DNA of 58,097 nt, counting the filler, from Squatina squatina (lineage: Eukaryota): the NCBI GenBank assembly GCA_031763465.1. It is 3 parts of 2 records of this genome, joined end to end, with 100 filler letters (N's around TTAATTAATTAA, not from the genome) between each part and the next. Parts side by side here need not be neighbours in the genome. Positions count along the whole stretch, not along the records: positions 13,019 to 29,550 come from JARFOE010000222.1; positions 29,651 to 58,097 come from JARFOE010000222.1; 1 more part is not named here. One strand, written 5' to 3'. The position numbers and the translations under genes are program-made. The notes under the pieces are model-generated. The model searched no databases, was not told the DNA's origin, and saw only the letters and a program-made list of their open reading frames with translations. Below are positions 23,804-37,562 of this stretch, in pieces; position 1 is the first letter of the stretch, and every line of letters begins with the position of its first letter.

Positions 23804-25093
23804 CTTTGAAGGAAAACAAAATACGCCTCAAATATTTTTTGCAACACCTTTGGTAAATTATTATACATTCAAAAGAATTTAGTTTTCCTTTAATAGGCCA
23901 TCAAAAATAACGTGTTAATGTCACAGATCCAATGTTGTTGAATTGTTAGGCTCTTACAACAGATTCACTTCAAATGGCAATGAAAACCAAAACAGTGAAG
24001 AAACTAAGAACATATAAGAAATAGTCTAAGGTGAGGAGAATATTCAGGTAGGATGAAGAACAATGGGTATGTGACACAACATAAGAGAACAATGGATATT
24101 TAATACTGGAGGTGCAAAAAAATACAGGAGATTGTACCTGCATGCTTTGGCAAGTCATCTTCAAGCCTACAAGGATAAAATACTATAATATAACATTATG
24201 CTGATATGGTACAATGTTGTAACTGCCTAGTACCAAGGGACCATGCTTTCAGTCTAAATTTAAGGTAATTTGGATTTATGGTAAATACTCACGCTATCTG
24301 CAGGAACAAAAAGGGCAAAGTAAAATGCCAGCAGTCAGGCCATAGTGTAAGTACGAGGGAGACACAGGCAACAGGGAGAATGGATTGGGTGTGCCTCTCA
24401 GACAGAGGCAGAAGTGAAAAAGTAGAATCAGTGATTTTGGAAAATTGGTGCGCTTCAGACCAGGTAAAGAGAAAGGGATAGCACAGACAGAGCCTCTCTT
24501 TCTTATTTCAAATGAAATAATAAATGTTTTCAAGAGTGCACTCAAGTTTCAGCATTCTATCTCTGTGCTGAGTCTTAAGAAGCTATTACATCATACCTTG
24601 ACTCTTGTTATAATTAGTGAGGTGGGGGGTGGGGAGTGGGAGAGAGAGTTTGAGTTTATGGTCCAGTTAAATTCCCAGTATTCAGAGTTTCATTATTTTA
24701 CTATTTAATAAAAGCCAGTGTGACAAAACAGAAACGTTTTTGTCTAAGATGTAGTATGGTATCGGCTTCTTTTATTCTGTCACAATACATAAGGGATTAA
24801 AACCAGTTTCATTCAGAGAAATCATATCCCAGCTTCACTTGATATTATTGTTACAGATTTTAATTGATTTACCCAATGCCCGGGAAAGGTGGGTCAATGC
24901 ATTCAATTCAAATACAAACATCTTGTGGGTTTTCTTCAAATTTGTGTTTGTTTTGCAGCTTTAAAAAAAAAACAGATACATTATTTAAATTTGNNNNNNN
25001 NNNNNNNNNNNNNNNNNNNNNNNNNNNNNNNNNNNNNNNNNNNNNNNNNNNNNNNNNNNNNNNNNNNNNNNNNNNNNNNNNNNNNNNNNNNNN

Positions 25094-25193
25094 AATTCCA
25101 TAGCTGGCGTGGTGGGATTTGTACTCACGTCTCTGGATCAATAAATCCAAGCCTCTGAATTATTAGTCCCACAACTTAACCACTACAGTACCA
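25094..25193 (-). mobile_element. tRNA-derived SINE 5' head
   Basis: Reverse complement GTAGTGGTTAAGTTGTGGGACTAATAATTCAGAGGC..GAGTACAAATCCCACCACGCCAG shows A/B-box-like elements. Confidence 0.65.
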
Positions 25194-27397
25194 AGACCCC
25201 AACTTGCTGGCACTTCAAAAAAAACACTTGTAGTTGCCTGTTGGGATCTGTAGCCTGCAACCCGGTGATTCCCTTTAGTTTAGAATGATAGATTTGGGAA
25301 GTCCCATGAAGTCCAAGCTCAAGTTTCACAAAAGACTCTTGCATCTAAAACACAGAAAATGCTCTTTATGACAATCTTAATCATATACTTTTTGTTATGT
25401 TACAAATTTTATTTCTAATAATAAATCCTCAGCTCAGTGCAGTATCCAAGATAGCAGCTCAAAAATATTTTACGCAATTTTATTGGTTTGCCACCTTTTA
25501 TTGGTATCAGTTTTCCATTTTAAGTCAAAGTTTTTTGAATTTCATAATTAGTAGTTTTCATTCATTTATCTTGCTGGTTGGTACCTTCCCTCATTTTCCA
25601 GTCGTGATATGTTGCTGTTTTATGAATAGGAAATCTGAACCAATCAGGTGGAAGTGTAACACAGAAATTTACAAGTCATACAGAAAGCATGCGCTTGATG
25701 CAATTTATTTTAACATATACACTAGTGGGTCACTGTGACATTTATTTAGTAAGAATAGAGGTGTTATGCCATTTAATGCACAATTCATTGCCAGGGTAAT
25801 AGATTTATGGTGACTTCATCAGTCAAATGCTGTTTATATTATGTGGTATTCTGGGATTTTTACAGTGGTTTGGGGATTGAGTTCTATAATCCCCTTATTT
25901 TATTTAAAATCTATATATCTGTGATTTTTTTCTTCCTTTACTTATGCACTTCATTTGTAATCTCTTGTAGAAGACAGGAACCAGGATCAGGCAGAGAGAA
26001 GTTGTCTGGGAGGTGAAGGTTGACACAGAAGTGAGTGAGAGAGTTGAGGGTTGGGTGGCAGTGGGGAAGTAAGGGATGATGGCCTTGGGTTGTGCTGTTA
26101 CAAAGTGGGACGGGCTGTGGTGTGCCAGTGAGGTAGGCGTGCACAATTCACATGAAAGGACTTGGAAAGAAGTTTCTAACAGTTCTATTCAGACATGGAA
26201 GCGTGTTTGTTGGATTGGTTCTGTCGCTGGATAAGCAAATAGATACTACTGCTGTACAAAAATAAATCTGCTCAGCTGTTTGATTAGTGCTGAGCAGCGC
26301 TCCAGTCAGAGTGTCAGCTGGGGATTATATCAACGGCACCAAATCAATCGTATTTAAATGAAATAGACTAAAGAGGAGCAGGCGAATGCAGAAAGGAAAG
26401 CATCTCATTCATAAGCTGTTTAAAGTACCCAGCGCCAAACCGATCAGTACAGAAAACTTGTACTGAGAAGGAAAATCTGCAGACAGCTCAAATTAGTTTT
26501 GCAAGGAAGGATGAAAGCCCTAAATCAGGATGATCATTACCAGAAGATTGTACTGTATTGAAACAAAACAAATCAATATACTACATGTACATCATGGGCA
26601 AAGAGGAGTTTATTAATTTTGCATGCGTAAAAACACAGTGAGAATTTTCATTTTGGAGGTGGGGCTCACAAAGGTGAATGGTGTCAATGCTGGAAAATAG
26701 AGTATTTTTCTATTTTGGGTACCTATTAGAATCATGAAGTACTTTTAGGTTAGACTTGATTAAGAAATGATGCTTTCACTATTTTTCCCCAGCAATACGT
26801 CTTAGACAGAGTTTCAGAAGATTATATGGGGAGGATGCAGTGTAGACTTCCATGATAAATGTTAGGAATGTCCTTCTCCTTACTGGGGTAGTCATTTTCT
26901 AGATCAAAGTCTCCTCGCATTATCTATCAATGGACAAAAACTGTGAATCAAATCACAAATGAATAAAGTGCATCTTTATCATCAGGCTCAACATGTTAGA
27001 ATATGGTGATGTGCATGTTTATTTAATAACAACAGTTACTTTCAGTGATAATGAAAGGATTGAAGCCAAACTCTCCCTGAATTTATTGAATGGATTACAA
27101 CATTTCTTAGTCAGATGTTTCTTTATCTAGTCACAATTTAAAGAGCAAATGCCAAAGTATCATGCAGATAAGGTTAAGTATTATATAATGCATACCTGTC
27201 GACTGGTGCTAACTTTATTACAATTAGATTTGATTTTGAGGGATCTATTTCCAGTTCTGTCTCTTCAAAATGGTCAATTTGAACATTGGTCCAATTTNNN
27301 NNNNNNNNNNNNNNNNNNNNNNNNNNNNNNNNNNNNNNNNNNNNNNNNNNNNNNNNNNNNNNNNNNNNNNNNNNNNNNNNNNNNNNNNNNNNNNNNN

Positions 27398-28212
27398 TCA
27401 CTTTGCCTCCAATTTCCACCTGTCCCTCACCTTCAATGGTCCATATCCGACTCTTCCCTTTCCTTCCTTGACTTTTCTGTCTCTATTTCTGGGGATAGGC
27501 TACGGACAAACATCCACTATAAGCCCACTGACTCCCACAACTACCTGGACCAGACTTCCTCCCACCCCGCTTCCTGTAAGACCTCCATTCCATTCTCCCA
27601 GCTCCTCTACCTCCGATGCATCTGTTCTGATGATGCCAGCTTCCATTCTAGCAGTTCCAATAAGTTTTCCTTTTTCCTCAGTCAGGGATTCCCCTCTACC
27701 ATGGTTGACATGGCCGTCGACCATGTCTGTTCTATTTCCCGTACTTCTGCTCTCACCCCTTCCCCTCTCTCCCAGAATCATGGCAGGGTTCTCCTTGTCC
27801 CCACCTTCCACCCCACCAGCCTCCACGTTCAACGGATCATCCTTCGCCATTTCCGCCNNNNNNNNNNCTCGACCGTGTCCATTTCATTTCCTGCACTTTT
27901 GTTTTCACCCCGTCCCTCCCTCCCAGAATGATAGGGTTCCCCTTGTCCTCACCTTTCACCCCACCAGCCTCCACATTCAATGGATCATCCTCCACCATTT
28001 CCGCCACCTCCAGCGTGATCCCACTACCAAACACATCTTTCCTTCCCCTCCCTTTTCAGCATTCCGAAGGGACCATTCCCTCCGCGACACCCTGGTGCAC
28101 TCCTCAATCAACCCCAGCATCCCCTCCCATTCCCATGACACTTTCCCGTGCAAGCGCAGGAGATGCAACAACTGCCCTTTTATATCCTCACTTCCCACTG
28201 TCCAGGGCCCCA
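27398..28212 (+). mobile_element. Penelope-like retroelement RT/linker fragments (two different copies either side of an 11-N gap)
   Basis: SLSFLDFSVSISGDRLRTNIHYKPTDSHNYLD.TSSHP.SCK.SIPFSQ...RVPLVLTFHP...SAFRRDHSLRDTLVHS...FPCKRRRCNNCP. Confidence 0.92.
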
Positions 28213-28834
28213 NNNNNNNNNNNNNNNNNNNNNNNNNNNNNNNNNNNNNNNNNNNNNNNNNNNNNNNNNNNNNNNNNNNNNNNNNNNNNNNNNNNNNNNN
28301 NNNNNNNNNNNNTTGTGCTAAAAACAGCGCCACCCAAAGAACTGGCCATGCCCCAGATCAAATTAGTCAGCATGCCGAATTTCTGCTAACTGCATCCGTT
28401 TGCGGGCCTTTCAAGAGGCTCTTAAAATTAAGCTTTTTTTTTTTAAAAAGGCACAAAGTTACTGGTCAGCACATTTTAAAAGCTTTTAATTTACTAAAAA
28501 ACTGACTACTGTACACCAATGTAACTAGTAAATGGTTCTGTATTGTGTTTTTAAAGTCATTTTCAGTTATTTAAAATCGGCTTACTCACAGATGGTTTAT
28601 TGGACACGGAATAAAGTGCTTATTTTTTTGTTATAAACTGATTTTCAGCTATATTAATAAAACCTTATTTAAATCAAGGGATATTTTTAAAGCAAAATGT
28701 TTATTTTTAAATTACATTCTAAATTGCTGTCTAATTGTGCTGGTTCATGGCAGAATTTACGTTTGCCGATATGCAAATGAGTTTGAGCTGAAACTTGAGC
28801 AAAAGGTTCACTTTGCAATTTGCACCCGGATCGC

Positions 28835-29075
28835 CGATTGCACCCAAAGCAGAAACTCTTGGTCATGAGCTTTAATTTTGCTGACAAATCTATCATGTGG
28901 TACTTTGTCATTCCCTTTATCCCTCATCCCAACCAATTACCAAGCCATGTCACAAGGTTACCTCCAATTATGTGCCCTTTTATTTTTGCTAATAATCTTT
29001 TGTGCGGAACCTGATCGAATGTTTTCTGGAAGCCAATCTATACAATGTCCATAGACACTCCCCTATCCACCATGC
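28835..29075 (-). mobile_element. CR1 LINE RT fragment (eroded)
   Basis: Reverse strand reads GVSMVDRGVSMDIV..ASRKHSIRFRTKDY (a frameshifted DFQKAFDKVPHKRL motif). Confidence 0.7.
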
Positions 29076-29594
29076 TGACTCCTCCCTTGATCAGCTGACT
29101 ATGCATGGATATGGAGACCTGATCCGGGAAACTCAGCAGGGTCAGATGTCTGCAACTCTGCACAGACCCAGTGAAAACTGTTCTCGCTGCCTCTAACCAA
29201 ACTTTGGAAAGTGAAGCATATGGGATCACTTTTGCAACAATAAAAGTGCACAAAATTTCACATCTGAACTGACCACTGCCCATTAAAATCAAACAGGACT
29301 TTTTTGTACCTTAAGGAATCTGGCAACTTCTGGGTTAAATGTTGGTGTTTTGATGTACTGAAGAAAGAGTGTTGATATTCTCTGTCTGAGTCCTTCCAGG
29401 TAAGATTCCTTTACTTGTCTCATGAGAAGATCTGCCTCTCTATCGATCAATTCAATAATTTCCTGTGTTAACTTACAGTCATGTTCCTGTACAAAAGAAA
29501 ATTATGTTCTGGCTTGACTAAGAATTAGATGATATAACCATAAACACTGTNNNNNNNNNNNNNNNNNNNNNNNNNNNNNNNNNNNNNNNNNNNN

Positions 29595-29606
29595 TTAATT
29601 AATTAA
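29595..29606. other. Artificial scaffolding linker TTAATTAATTAA
   Basis: Centred in a 44N+12+44N gap. Confidence 0.97.
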
Positions 29607-29869
29607 NNNNNNNNNNNNNNNNNNNNNNNNNNNNNNNNNNNNNNNNNNNNAGATTGGGAGAGCTACCCTGTGAGTTCTGAAGATATTAAGTAGCAGAATG
29701 GAAAATAAAGCTTTAAAAATATTGTTTAGACACCATAGACAAATGTTATTTTATGGAGTGAAGAAATTTTGTACTGGAATGGCCAAAGCCACAAGCTCTG
29801 TACCTTCTCCACCAACTCCATCCCCGTCCGAGTCTTTGTCTCTGGCTAAAATAGACTGTTCACAACCTA

Positions 29870-30480
29870 GGCAGCCAAATTAACCCTGAGCTGAGCTTCC
29901 AACCTCATATCCTGTCAGTCATAAAGACCGCCTACTTCCACCATAACATTGTCCAGCTCTGCCCCTGCTTCAGCCCATCTGCAGCTGAAACCCTTATCCA
30001 TGCTTTTGTCACCTCCAACTTGGATTACTCCAATGCGTACTTGGCCAATCTCCCATCCTCCACTATCTGTAAGCTACAGCTTATCCAAAACTCTGCTGTC
30101 TACATCCTATAATCCTGCTCCCCCATCACCCCTCCAATGGGTCTTGGGTGCCCAACGCCATCATTTTAAATCCCTCCACGGCCTCATATCTCACTATCTT
30201 TATCATCATCTTGCATACTACAAGCCTTCTGTTTCCCTGACTCCAGACTCTTGTTCATCCCTCCCCACTTTCAACTATATGGGTCCTATGTTCTGCTGTC
30301 TGCCCCTGCACCTCTCTCTTTCTTACTGATGGGCATCCTTAAAACTCATCCCTTTAAACAAGCTTTAAGGTCATCCCTCCTGATATCCCTTTTTTGGACT
30401 CGGAATCCATTTTCTTTCCCTCTGTGAAATTCAATGGGTCCTTTTTCTATGTTAAAGGCGCTATATAAATGCAAGTTGCT
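29870..30480 (+). mobile_element. L2-clade LINE 3' portion
   Basis: AAETLIHAFVTS.LDYSNAYLANLP motif; ends in GTTAAAGGCGCTATATAAATGCAAGTTG, the L2 3' tail. Confidence 0.88.
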
Positions 30481-31974
30481 CTTGTCCTCATAATCTTAGT
30501 AGGCCTCTTTGGCCTCTGTACTACCCACAGATTGCAGCGGAGAGGACAGACTGCCAAACCTGCACCCAGGCCTTTGCTGATATCACTCTGTATCAGGCAG
30601 CAGGAAGCATGCAACGCCATCCCTGTGATAAATCTCTCCTCCAATTTTCCCTTAGTTCCCCCCCTTCCTACACAAGCCTGCCACATCAGGCCTCCCTCTG
30701 CAAATAACACCTTTATTCATTTAAGTATAAGAATTGAACACAGGAAGAAATAAACGTGTGGTGCAGCAGTGCTTACATCAGCGTCAATCGCAGTTTGTGT
30801 TTGGGTACAGATGACAGGCTGAAAAGGGGCGAAGATTATTGAACTCCCTTGACTGTAGCAAAAGACAACCATCCCTGACAGCAAATGTACATGTTGGATT
30901 GTCTGACCTCCAGTACATCAAAAGACAATTAAAATGCTTTTGATCAATGCCTTTGACTTCCTGTGTGCTGATACAATAACACAGCAGGAGTATCACATGC
31001 AGAGAAGAAATGAAAAGCACTAGTCTGCCAGCAGTGAAGGTCAAACTCCTTGAATCAGATCACACTCTCCAAGTGTAATAATTTAAAAGTAGACGGGAGC
31101 CAGTGTCTAATGTTCAGAGTGCTGCCATTTGCAAGCCCCATTAATAATAATAGAACTTTGTTGGAGGAAAAAGAAAATTTGCAACAGAGGGCTCACTGGG
31201 CATCTCTTTCTCCCACAGTGGCAAACCAAAGGTCTCAACCTGCAGACCTGCATGAGTTCCCAGTGGAGGCCACCTCCAGGGAGCCAGACTCCAGCAAGGT
31301 GACCAGGGTCAGGGGGAATCTCAGGGATAAATGGAAGTCTTGCCTCTCTGTCGAGGCATCCCAAACAAGGGACTGGTACAAAGGCTAGGCTATTATATTG
31401 TACAGAGTGGTTTTCAAAAAACTTTTCAGACAACAGTACAATGCACTTCAGAGTTGATATATTCGTCATAGGCACTTTTTATGCTGACATATCAATATCA
31501 CCATTGGCTCAACTTTCACGCTGGCCACTTCTGGTGATGTACAATGTAATACTTTAATGATGACTAGAAAGAAAGAGACAGATTGTATTATTGCCCTGTA
31601 TTCAGCACTATGCTATCAGGAAATTCAAGTAACAGACCAGCAAAAGCGGTGATACTGTACAGTGTTATGCTTTTACAAATCTGTTCTAACCGTAGGCATT
31701 TTTACATTAGAAGCAATGCCGTTTATGGCAAACATTCAGATTTACCGTCACCGCCTACACTCGTAAATGGAAGTAACACGCCCTACATTGTTCCCACGCA
31801 AGTGGAAACCTAGATTTAGCTGCTGTTGGGTCTCCATTTAAAAGTAACAGTACAGAACTGGATTGCCTTGCTTTTAGCAGGTATGTGATAGGAGTAGCGG
31901 CACAAAGTTGGGGATGGTGGGGGGGGAGTGGTGCATGGGTGACGGGGCTCTCGATATGATTGACACTCCCTGGA

Positions 31975-32162
31975 ACACAGGAAGAGGAGTAGGTCATTCA
32001 GTACCTCGAGCCTACTCTGCCATTCAATCAGATTATACCTAATCTGCACCTCAACTCCATTTACCTACCTGAGCTCGATAGCCCTTGATACACGTACCTA
32101 ATATGGATTTCAGTCCTGAAAGCTCCAATATCGACCAACACCACAATCTTTTGGGAGAAAGA
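31975..32162 (-). mobile_element. CR1 LINE 3' end
   Basis: Reverse complement: ..IKGYRAQVGKWS* then GAATGGCAGAGTAGGCTCGAGGTACTGAATGACCTACTCCT. Confidence 0.82.
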
Positions 32163-33799
32163 NNNNNNNNNNNNNNNNNNNNNNNNNNNNNNNNNNNNNN
32201 NNNNNNNNNNNNNNNNNNNNNNNNNNNNNNNNNNNNNNNNNNNNNNNNNNNNNNNNNNNNNNNNNNNNNNNNNNNNNNNNNNNNNNNNNNNNNNNNNNNN
32301 NNNNNNNNNNNNNNNNNNNNNNNNNNNNNNNNNNNNNNNNNNNNNNNNNNNNNNNNNNNNNNNNNNNNNNNNNNNNNNNNNNNNNNNNNNNNNNNNNNNN
32401 NNNNNNNNNNNNNNNNNNNNNNNNNNNNNNNNNNNNNNNNNNNNNNNNNNNNNNNNNNNNNNNNNNNNNNNNNNNNNNNNNNNNNNNNNNNNNNNNNNNN
32501 NNNNNNNNNNNNNNNNNNNNNNNNNNNNNNNNNNNNNNNNNNNNNNNNNNNNNNNNNNNNNNNNNNNNNNNNNNNNNNNNNNNNNNNNNNNNNNNNNNNN
32601 NNNNNNNNNNNNNNNNNNNNNNNNNNNNNNNNNNNNNNNNNNNNNNNNNNNNNNNNNNNNNNNNNNNNNNNNNNNNNNNNNNNNNNNNNNNNNNNNNNNN
32701 NNNNNNNNNNNNNNNNNNNNNNNNNNNNNNNNNNNNNNNNNNNNNNNNNNNNNNNNNNNNNNNNNNNNNNNNNNNNNNNNNNNNNNNNNNNNNNNNNNNN
32801 NNNNNNNNNNNNNNNNNNNNNNNNNNNNNNNNNNNNNNNNNNNNNNNNNNNNNNNNNNNNNCAGCTGTAAACATAATGAACAGCGAGTGCCATTCCCTCA
32901 CCGCTGACTGCAAAACACATGCTTTTTTGCTGCTTCTTGTGGTAATTTACCATTCACTGCTTGTACTTGACCTTCAATAATACTAATTTTGTGGAGTGGA
33001 GACAGCCATTTGTAGAGGTAGTCTTGTGCAGCTTGAACCAACAGTAGATTTCAACCCAGCAGGATACATAAAACTTAAAATAGAGTTATTCTGTTTGATG
33101 AGTTAAGTCAAATGGATAAAGAATTGCAAACCAAGCAGTGACTAAATTTTATTATAATTAAATTTATTATACTATTTTATAAAATAGAGCTGGGAAAGCA
33201 ATTTCATTATTCATTTCTATCCATTTCTTCCATAGTAGAGACCCTTGAAGTGTGAGAAGCTTTCACATCTACTCTCAACTTAATGCACAAACCAACCTAA
33301 ATCTTAAGGAATGGAACTCTTTACAATTAATATTAACATTTTACCATATGAATAACCCTATCCTTTAATGTCTTCGACTATTGTGCACCATTTATAGATT
33401 TCCCTCTTACATCTTTACCTCCTTCTTTTGAACAATGCATCTGCTCAGCTTGTTTGATTTAAACCATTTTTATTACTTCTGCTGTAAGGCAGATGGAACT
33501 CTAGCCATCTGTCTGCCAACACTAAGACTTATGACATCTTGGGGAGATAAATCGAACTTGAAATATAGGCAATGTCTCAATGCCTTAGACAAGGTTAACG
33601 TCCACAAGCATCATCATGTTGTGGGTAGGATAATTTCATTCTAGTGTTATTTTTCAGGTATTTACAAAGAAGTATTCACAAAAGTGATAGGTTTTGGGAA
33701 CATATTTGGTCTGGCACTTCAACTGTTGCTTGCACAGCCTTTCAATTTTTATCTTCTTACAGTGTCAAGCTCCTGTCCAATAGGAAAGTGACAATACTT

Positions 33800-34440
33800 G
33801 GGCACTAAAGCAGCGCTACGCTAAAGTTGAGTAGTTTTTGGAATTGGGCGCGGTGCCCAGGCGGCACTGAGGCCTTTTCGCCGGGGACACCATTGGCGTC
33901 AGGGTAAGGCGCGCGACGTCATCAAGACACACGCTGACCCCACAACGCCAGCCTGTGACCCCATTCTGTGTTGTTGGTGAGCCGCGACCAGAATTGGAGC
34001 GCGGCTCGCTGGTGAGGCCCACGTCAGTGGCAATGACAGGTTTTACCATCGGCCGACTTCAGTATCGGCCGATGTTTGGCGGACGATCGGCCGCCATCGC
34101 CGCTGCCCCCACTTGCCAGCATGCTCTCTGTCGTGCCAGCATTTTGTAGGTCCTCATCCTGGCTCCCTGGTGGCCCAGCAGCGTTGCCCCAGCCTCCGTG
34201 GCCTCAGCCTGTGGCCCTCCCCTTTAAGGCAGGGGGTAGGGCCGCGGCTGACGCAAGCGCACTGACTACCACACTACCGGGGAATTGGTCAGGTCAGCAC
34301 CGTGGCAACATTGCTATGTTGTGCTGACCCGGAAATGAGGCCAAGAGCCCAATTCAGCGCACTTCACTCCCGACCTGGCACTCACAGTGATTAGGCCTCC
34401 AATTCTGAGGCCCGTTTCGGCGATATCCAATTGGGCCCCC
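33800..34440. mobile_element. GC-rich non-autonomous DNA transposon (probably Harbinger-derived)
   Basis: CpG-rich block in AT-rich intron; ends CAATTGGGCCCCC followed by TTA (Harbinger-type TWA target site); shares the CCCTTTAAGG..GCTGACG motif with 15020-15444. Confidence 0.6.
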
Positions 34441-34801
34441 TTAGTATATATGAAGAACACAAAGGTAGATTTCCAAAACACAAATTTACAGTACAGTATT
34501 CTAACCATTAATGCTCCACTAGTTACAGCTCAGAGCTGTCCTCAGCTTCATAAATTGCTGGGTTCTGAATCATTACTGTCCTTGCAGATTGGGCACTGTA
34601 ATGCAGTGATGTCCAGTGTTGGTAGGGGGNNNNNNNNNNNNNNNNNNNNNNNNNNNNNNNNNNNNNNNNNNNNNNNNNNNNNNNNNNNNNNNNNNNNNNN
34701 NNNNNNNNNNNNNNNNNNNNNNNNNNNNNGAGTAGATTGTGTTCTGAGAATCCGAGGTTCCAGAAGACTGTTTGTCGTAACCAAATTTCTGTAAATTGCT
34801 A

Positions 34802-35074
<273 letters not shown>

Positions 35075-35304
35075 TTACTTCACTGAGATTCATAATTAAT
35101 AACTAAGCTGATAGCTGTAAATCCTAAGGTTTAAATGATTTCCCCTGTAAAACCATTTTGATTTATATAATTGGCACTCGAAGCCTATACAGAACATTAC
35201 CGTGCAACTCCATTCATATTAGATCTCAGAGCATGAAATAAAGGCATTGTAAAATTGATCCCAGTATATTCACTGCAGAGTATTTTTTGAGTTTTTTTCA
35301 AGTT

Positions 35305-35660
35305 TTTCCCCTTATCCTTCTACTCCTGAAGTAGTTACCCATTTTCAAGTGCATTCCATTGGCCATCCTCCTTTATGGCCTAAATGGCCATTGTTTATGG
35401 GCGAGCATTGGCAGTAACTGTCAGTAGGTTATTCAGCTATGGGAAGCATCAAAACTGGGCCCAATCCTGTCCTCAACCAATGTTCAATGTGTACTTTCCA
35501 GCATGGATCACTGGGAAGCAATCAGAAACCGAAACTGGCTAATGTTTCCCCATCCTAGCAATGGAATACTGAAGCTCTAGATGGGATGGGCTAATTCAGT
35601 ACAGAGTCGGACCGAACTTGGGAGCACCCTATTCTGGTAGGACACACACACACAGCTATC
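35305..35660 (-). mobile_element. Old tRNA-derived SINE (degenerate)
   Basis: Antisense B-box-like CCGAACTTGGG near 35612; related segment at about 11630-11770 (AATCGAACCTGGGACC). Confidence 0.4.
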
Positions 35661-36036
35661 CACTGGAAGAACCATACAAAAATCATTATTTATTAGTGCT
35701 TAAACAATGCTGCTTTGAGTGACATTCACCTCAGGTTTAAAGCTGTAAAGATCTCATCTGTCCCTGTCAAATAATATAGATTGATATAAAGGTGTAAATT
35801 TGTTTTGAATCTTTTCTAAAGCATAATTTGAATGCAATAAAGAAGGGGCACACACATAACCATGTTGTAGATTGTTTCAGTTTGGCATCAATTTAAGCCA
35901 AAATATATTCTGTTCTGGTAAAAATTCGAATAAATANNNNNNNNNNNNNNNNNNNNNNNNNNNNNNNNNNNNNNNNNNNNNNNNNNNNNNNNNNNNNNNN
36001 NNNNNNNNNNNNNNNNNNNNNNNNNNNNNNNNNNNN

Positions 36037-36249
36037 ACGGCGTGGTAGGGGTCGCACGCACTTTTATGACGTCGCACGCTGACCCACCATGAAATTCACC
36101 GGGTAAGGCCTTTGTGCCTTGGGGACACCCGGGGAATTTCGCAGGATGCGAGATAACTACCTCCCGACGCTATTTTTTTTCTTTTTCGGCCCGTTAGCAC
36201 CCCTCAGAGGCACTAATAGGGGCGAGAAAATAGGGGAATTTCGCTCCCT
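36037..36249. mobile_element. GC-rich DNA-transposon terminus
   Basis: CpG-rich contig start ending GGGGAATTTCGCTCCC then TAA; sub-terminal palindrome TTAGCACCCC..GGCACTAA. Confidence 0.45.
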
Positions 36250-37292
36250 AAAATTTCAACAGGTGATTAAAACAAGTTTTGCTTTGAAGTTTCTTGCAAG
36301 TAATAATTTGCAGAGTTCTTATGGATGAATGCCATCTTTTCCCTCGTGCTCACACCTCGTGTTTTTCAAATCAATTTTTAGCCATTCAGATTGGTATGCT
36401 AAAGCTCACTAGACCCACAGATTAGTGAGCAGCACCAGCTACAATCATAGAAAGTAGCCCCTGTTCTTTATTCAGGAAATCGTGCAAAAATGTTGTACAG
36501 AAGGGACAGATAGCCAAATTAAACCCAATAAAGTGAAAGGTAAATGTGCCACAAATATATTCCATGAACCAGATGGATAGCCAGGTGATCCAGAGGCATT
36601 GGCTCAATAAATCAGTGATGATGAACCTCAAAGATGAGTTCCAAGGGGACTTTTAACACTCACGTTTGCCAGATATTATATTCTGCCTGTACGTGGGGAG
36701 GATACAAAGGTAGGCATCTGTCTGCCTCTGGTACATTTCACATAGTGGCACAATACCACATTTGCTTCAGCCAGATGTTCAGGTCATGTGTCTCATCTGG
36801 TCTGTTCCTGCTATTCTTAACAGCAGGAAAGGTCATTGTATCCCATTCCCATACAAAACCCAGCAACAACAGAAGGACAAACATAAGTTCTACCAAATAG
36901 CAAGCTTTCCAAAGGCCCTGGGCCCAATCAGCTCCACATATGTGGCTCACACACCACCTGTCCATAATGAGGTCATCTTTTGGGAAACAGTTTGAAACCA
37001 TGAGTATTCAGGTCATCTACCATCCCAATTATAAAATGATAATTATCCTCAAAGTCCAGTTATTGCCTACGGATGCAGGACTCTGTCATTTTCTATGCTT
37101 CCTGAGCAGGGAGTCAATGCTGACCTTGTCAGCTGCACCTCCTTTTCCTTATATACTGCTTTAGGGCTATCGTAATTCAGCATCTTTGCTTCATTTACAT
37201 TTTTTGACAGATTGGCCAAATTGTGTTAACCTGATTGCTTGAAGTGCCATACCCAAATAATCCTGGCAACTGGAAGGAAGGAAGGCAGATAA

Positions 37293-37450
37293 AAATTTAT
37301 GTAGCACCTTTCAAAAACTCAAGATGTCCCAAAGCTCTTTAACATAATGAAGTAGTTTTGAAGTGTAACGTTGTTGTAATGTAAGAAATCTCGCTCTATA
37401 TCTATGCTCAGCAAACATAACTATCATTTTGCATAACTTACTTGAGGGAA
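37293..37450 (-). mobile_element. DeuSINE (SacSINE1/AmnSINE1-like) 3' fragment
   Basis: TTTATGTAGCACCTTTCA..GTCCCAAAGC..ATGAAGTA.TTTTGAAGTGTA..GTTGTAATGTA, shared with the copy at 42625. Confidence 0.75.
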
Positions 37451-37562
37451 ATTTTCCAATATNNNNNNNNNNNNNNNNNNNNNNNNNNNNNNNNNNNNNN
37501 NNNNNNNNNNNNNNNNNNNNNNNNNNNNNNNNNNNNNNNNNNNNNNNNNNNNNNNNNNNNNN

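Noticed and set aside
32051-32953. Long ORFs of 260-300 aa, and similar X-rich ORFs throughout the track
   Set aside because: They are open only because they run through N gaps.
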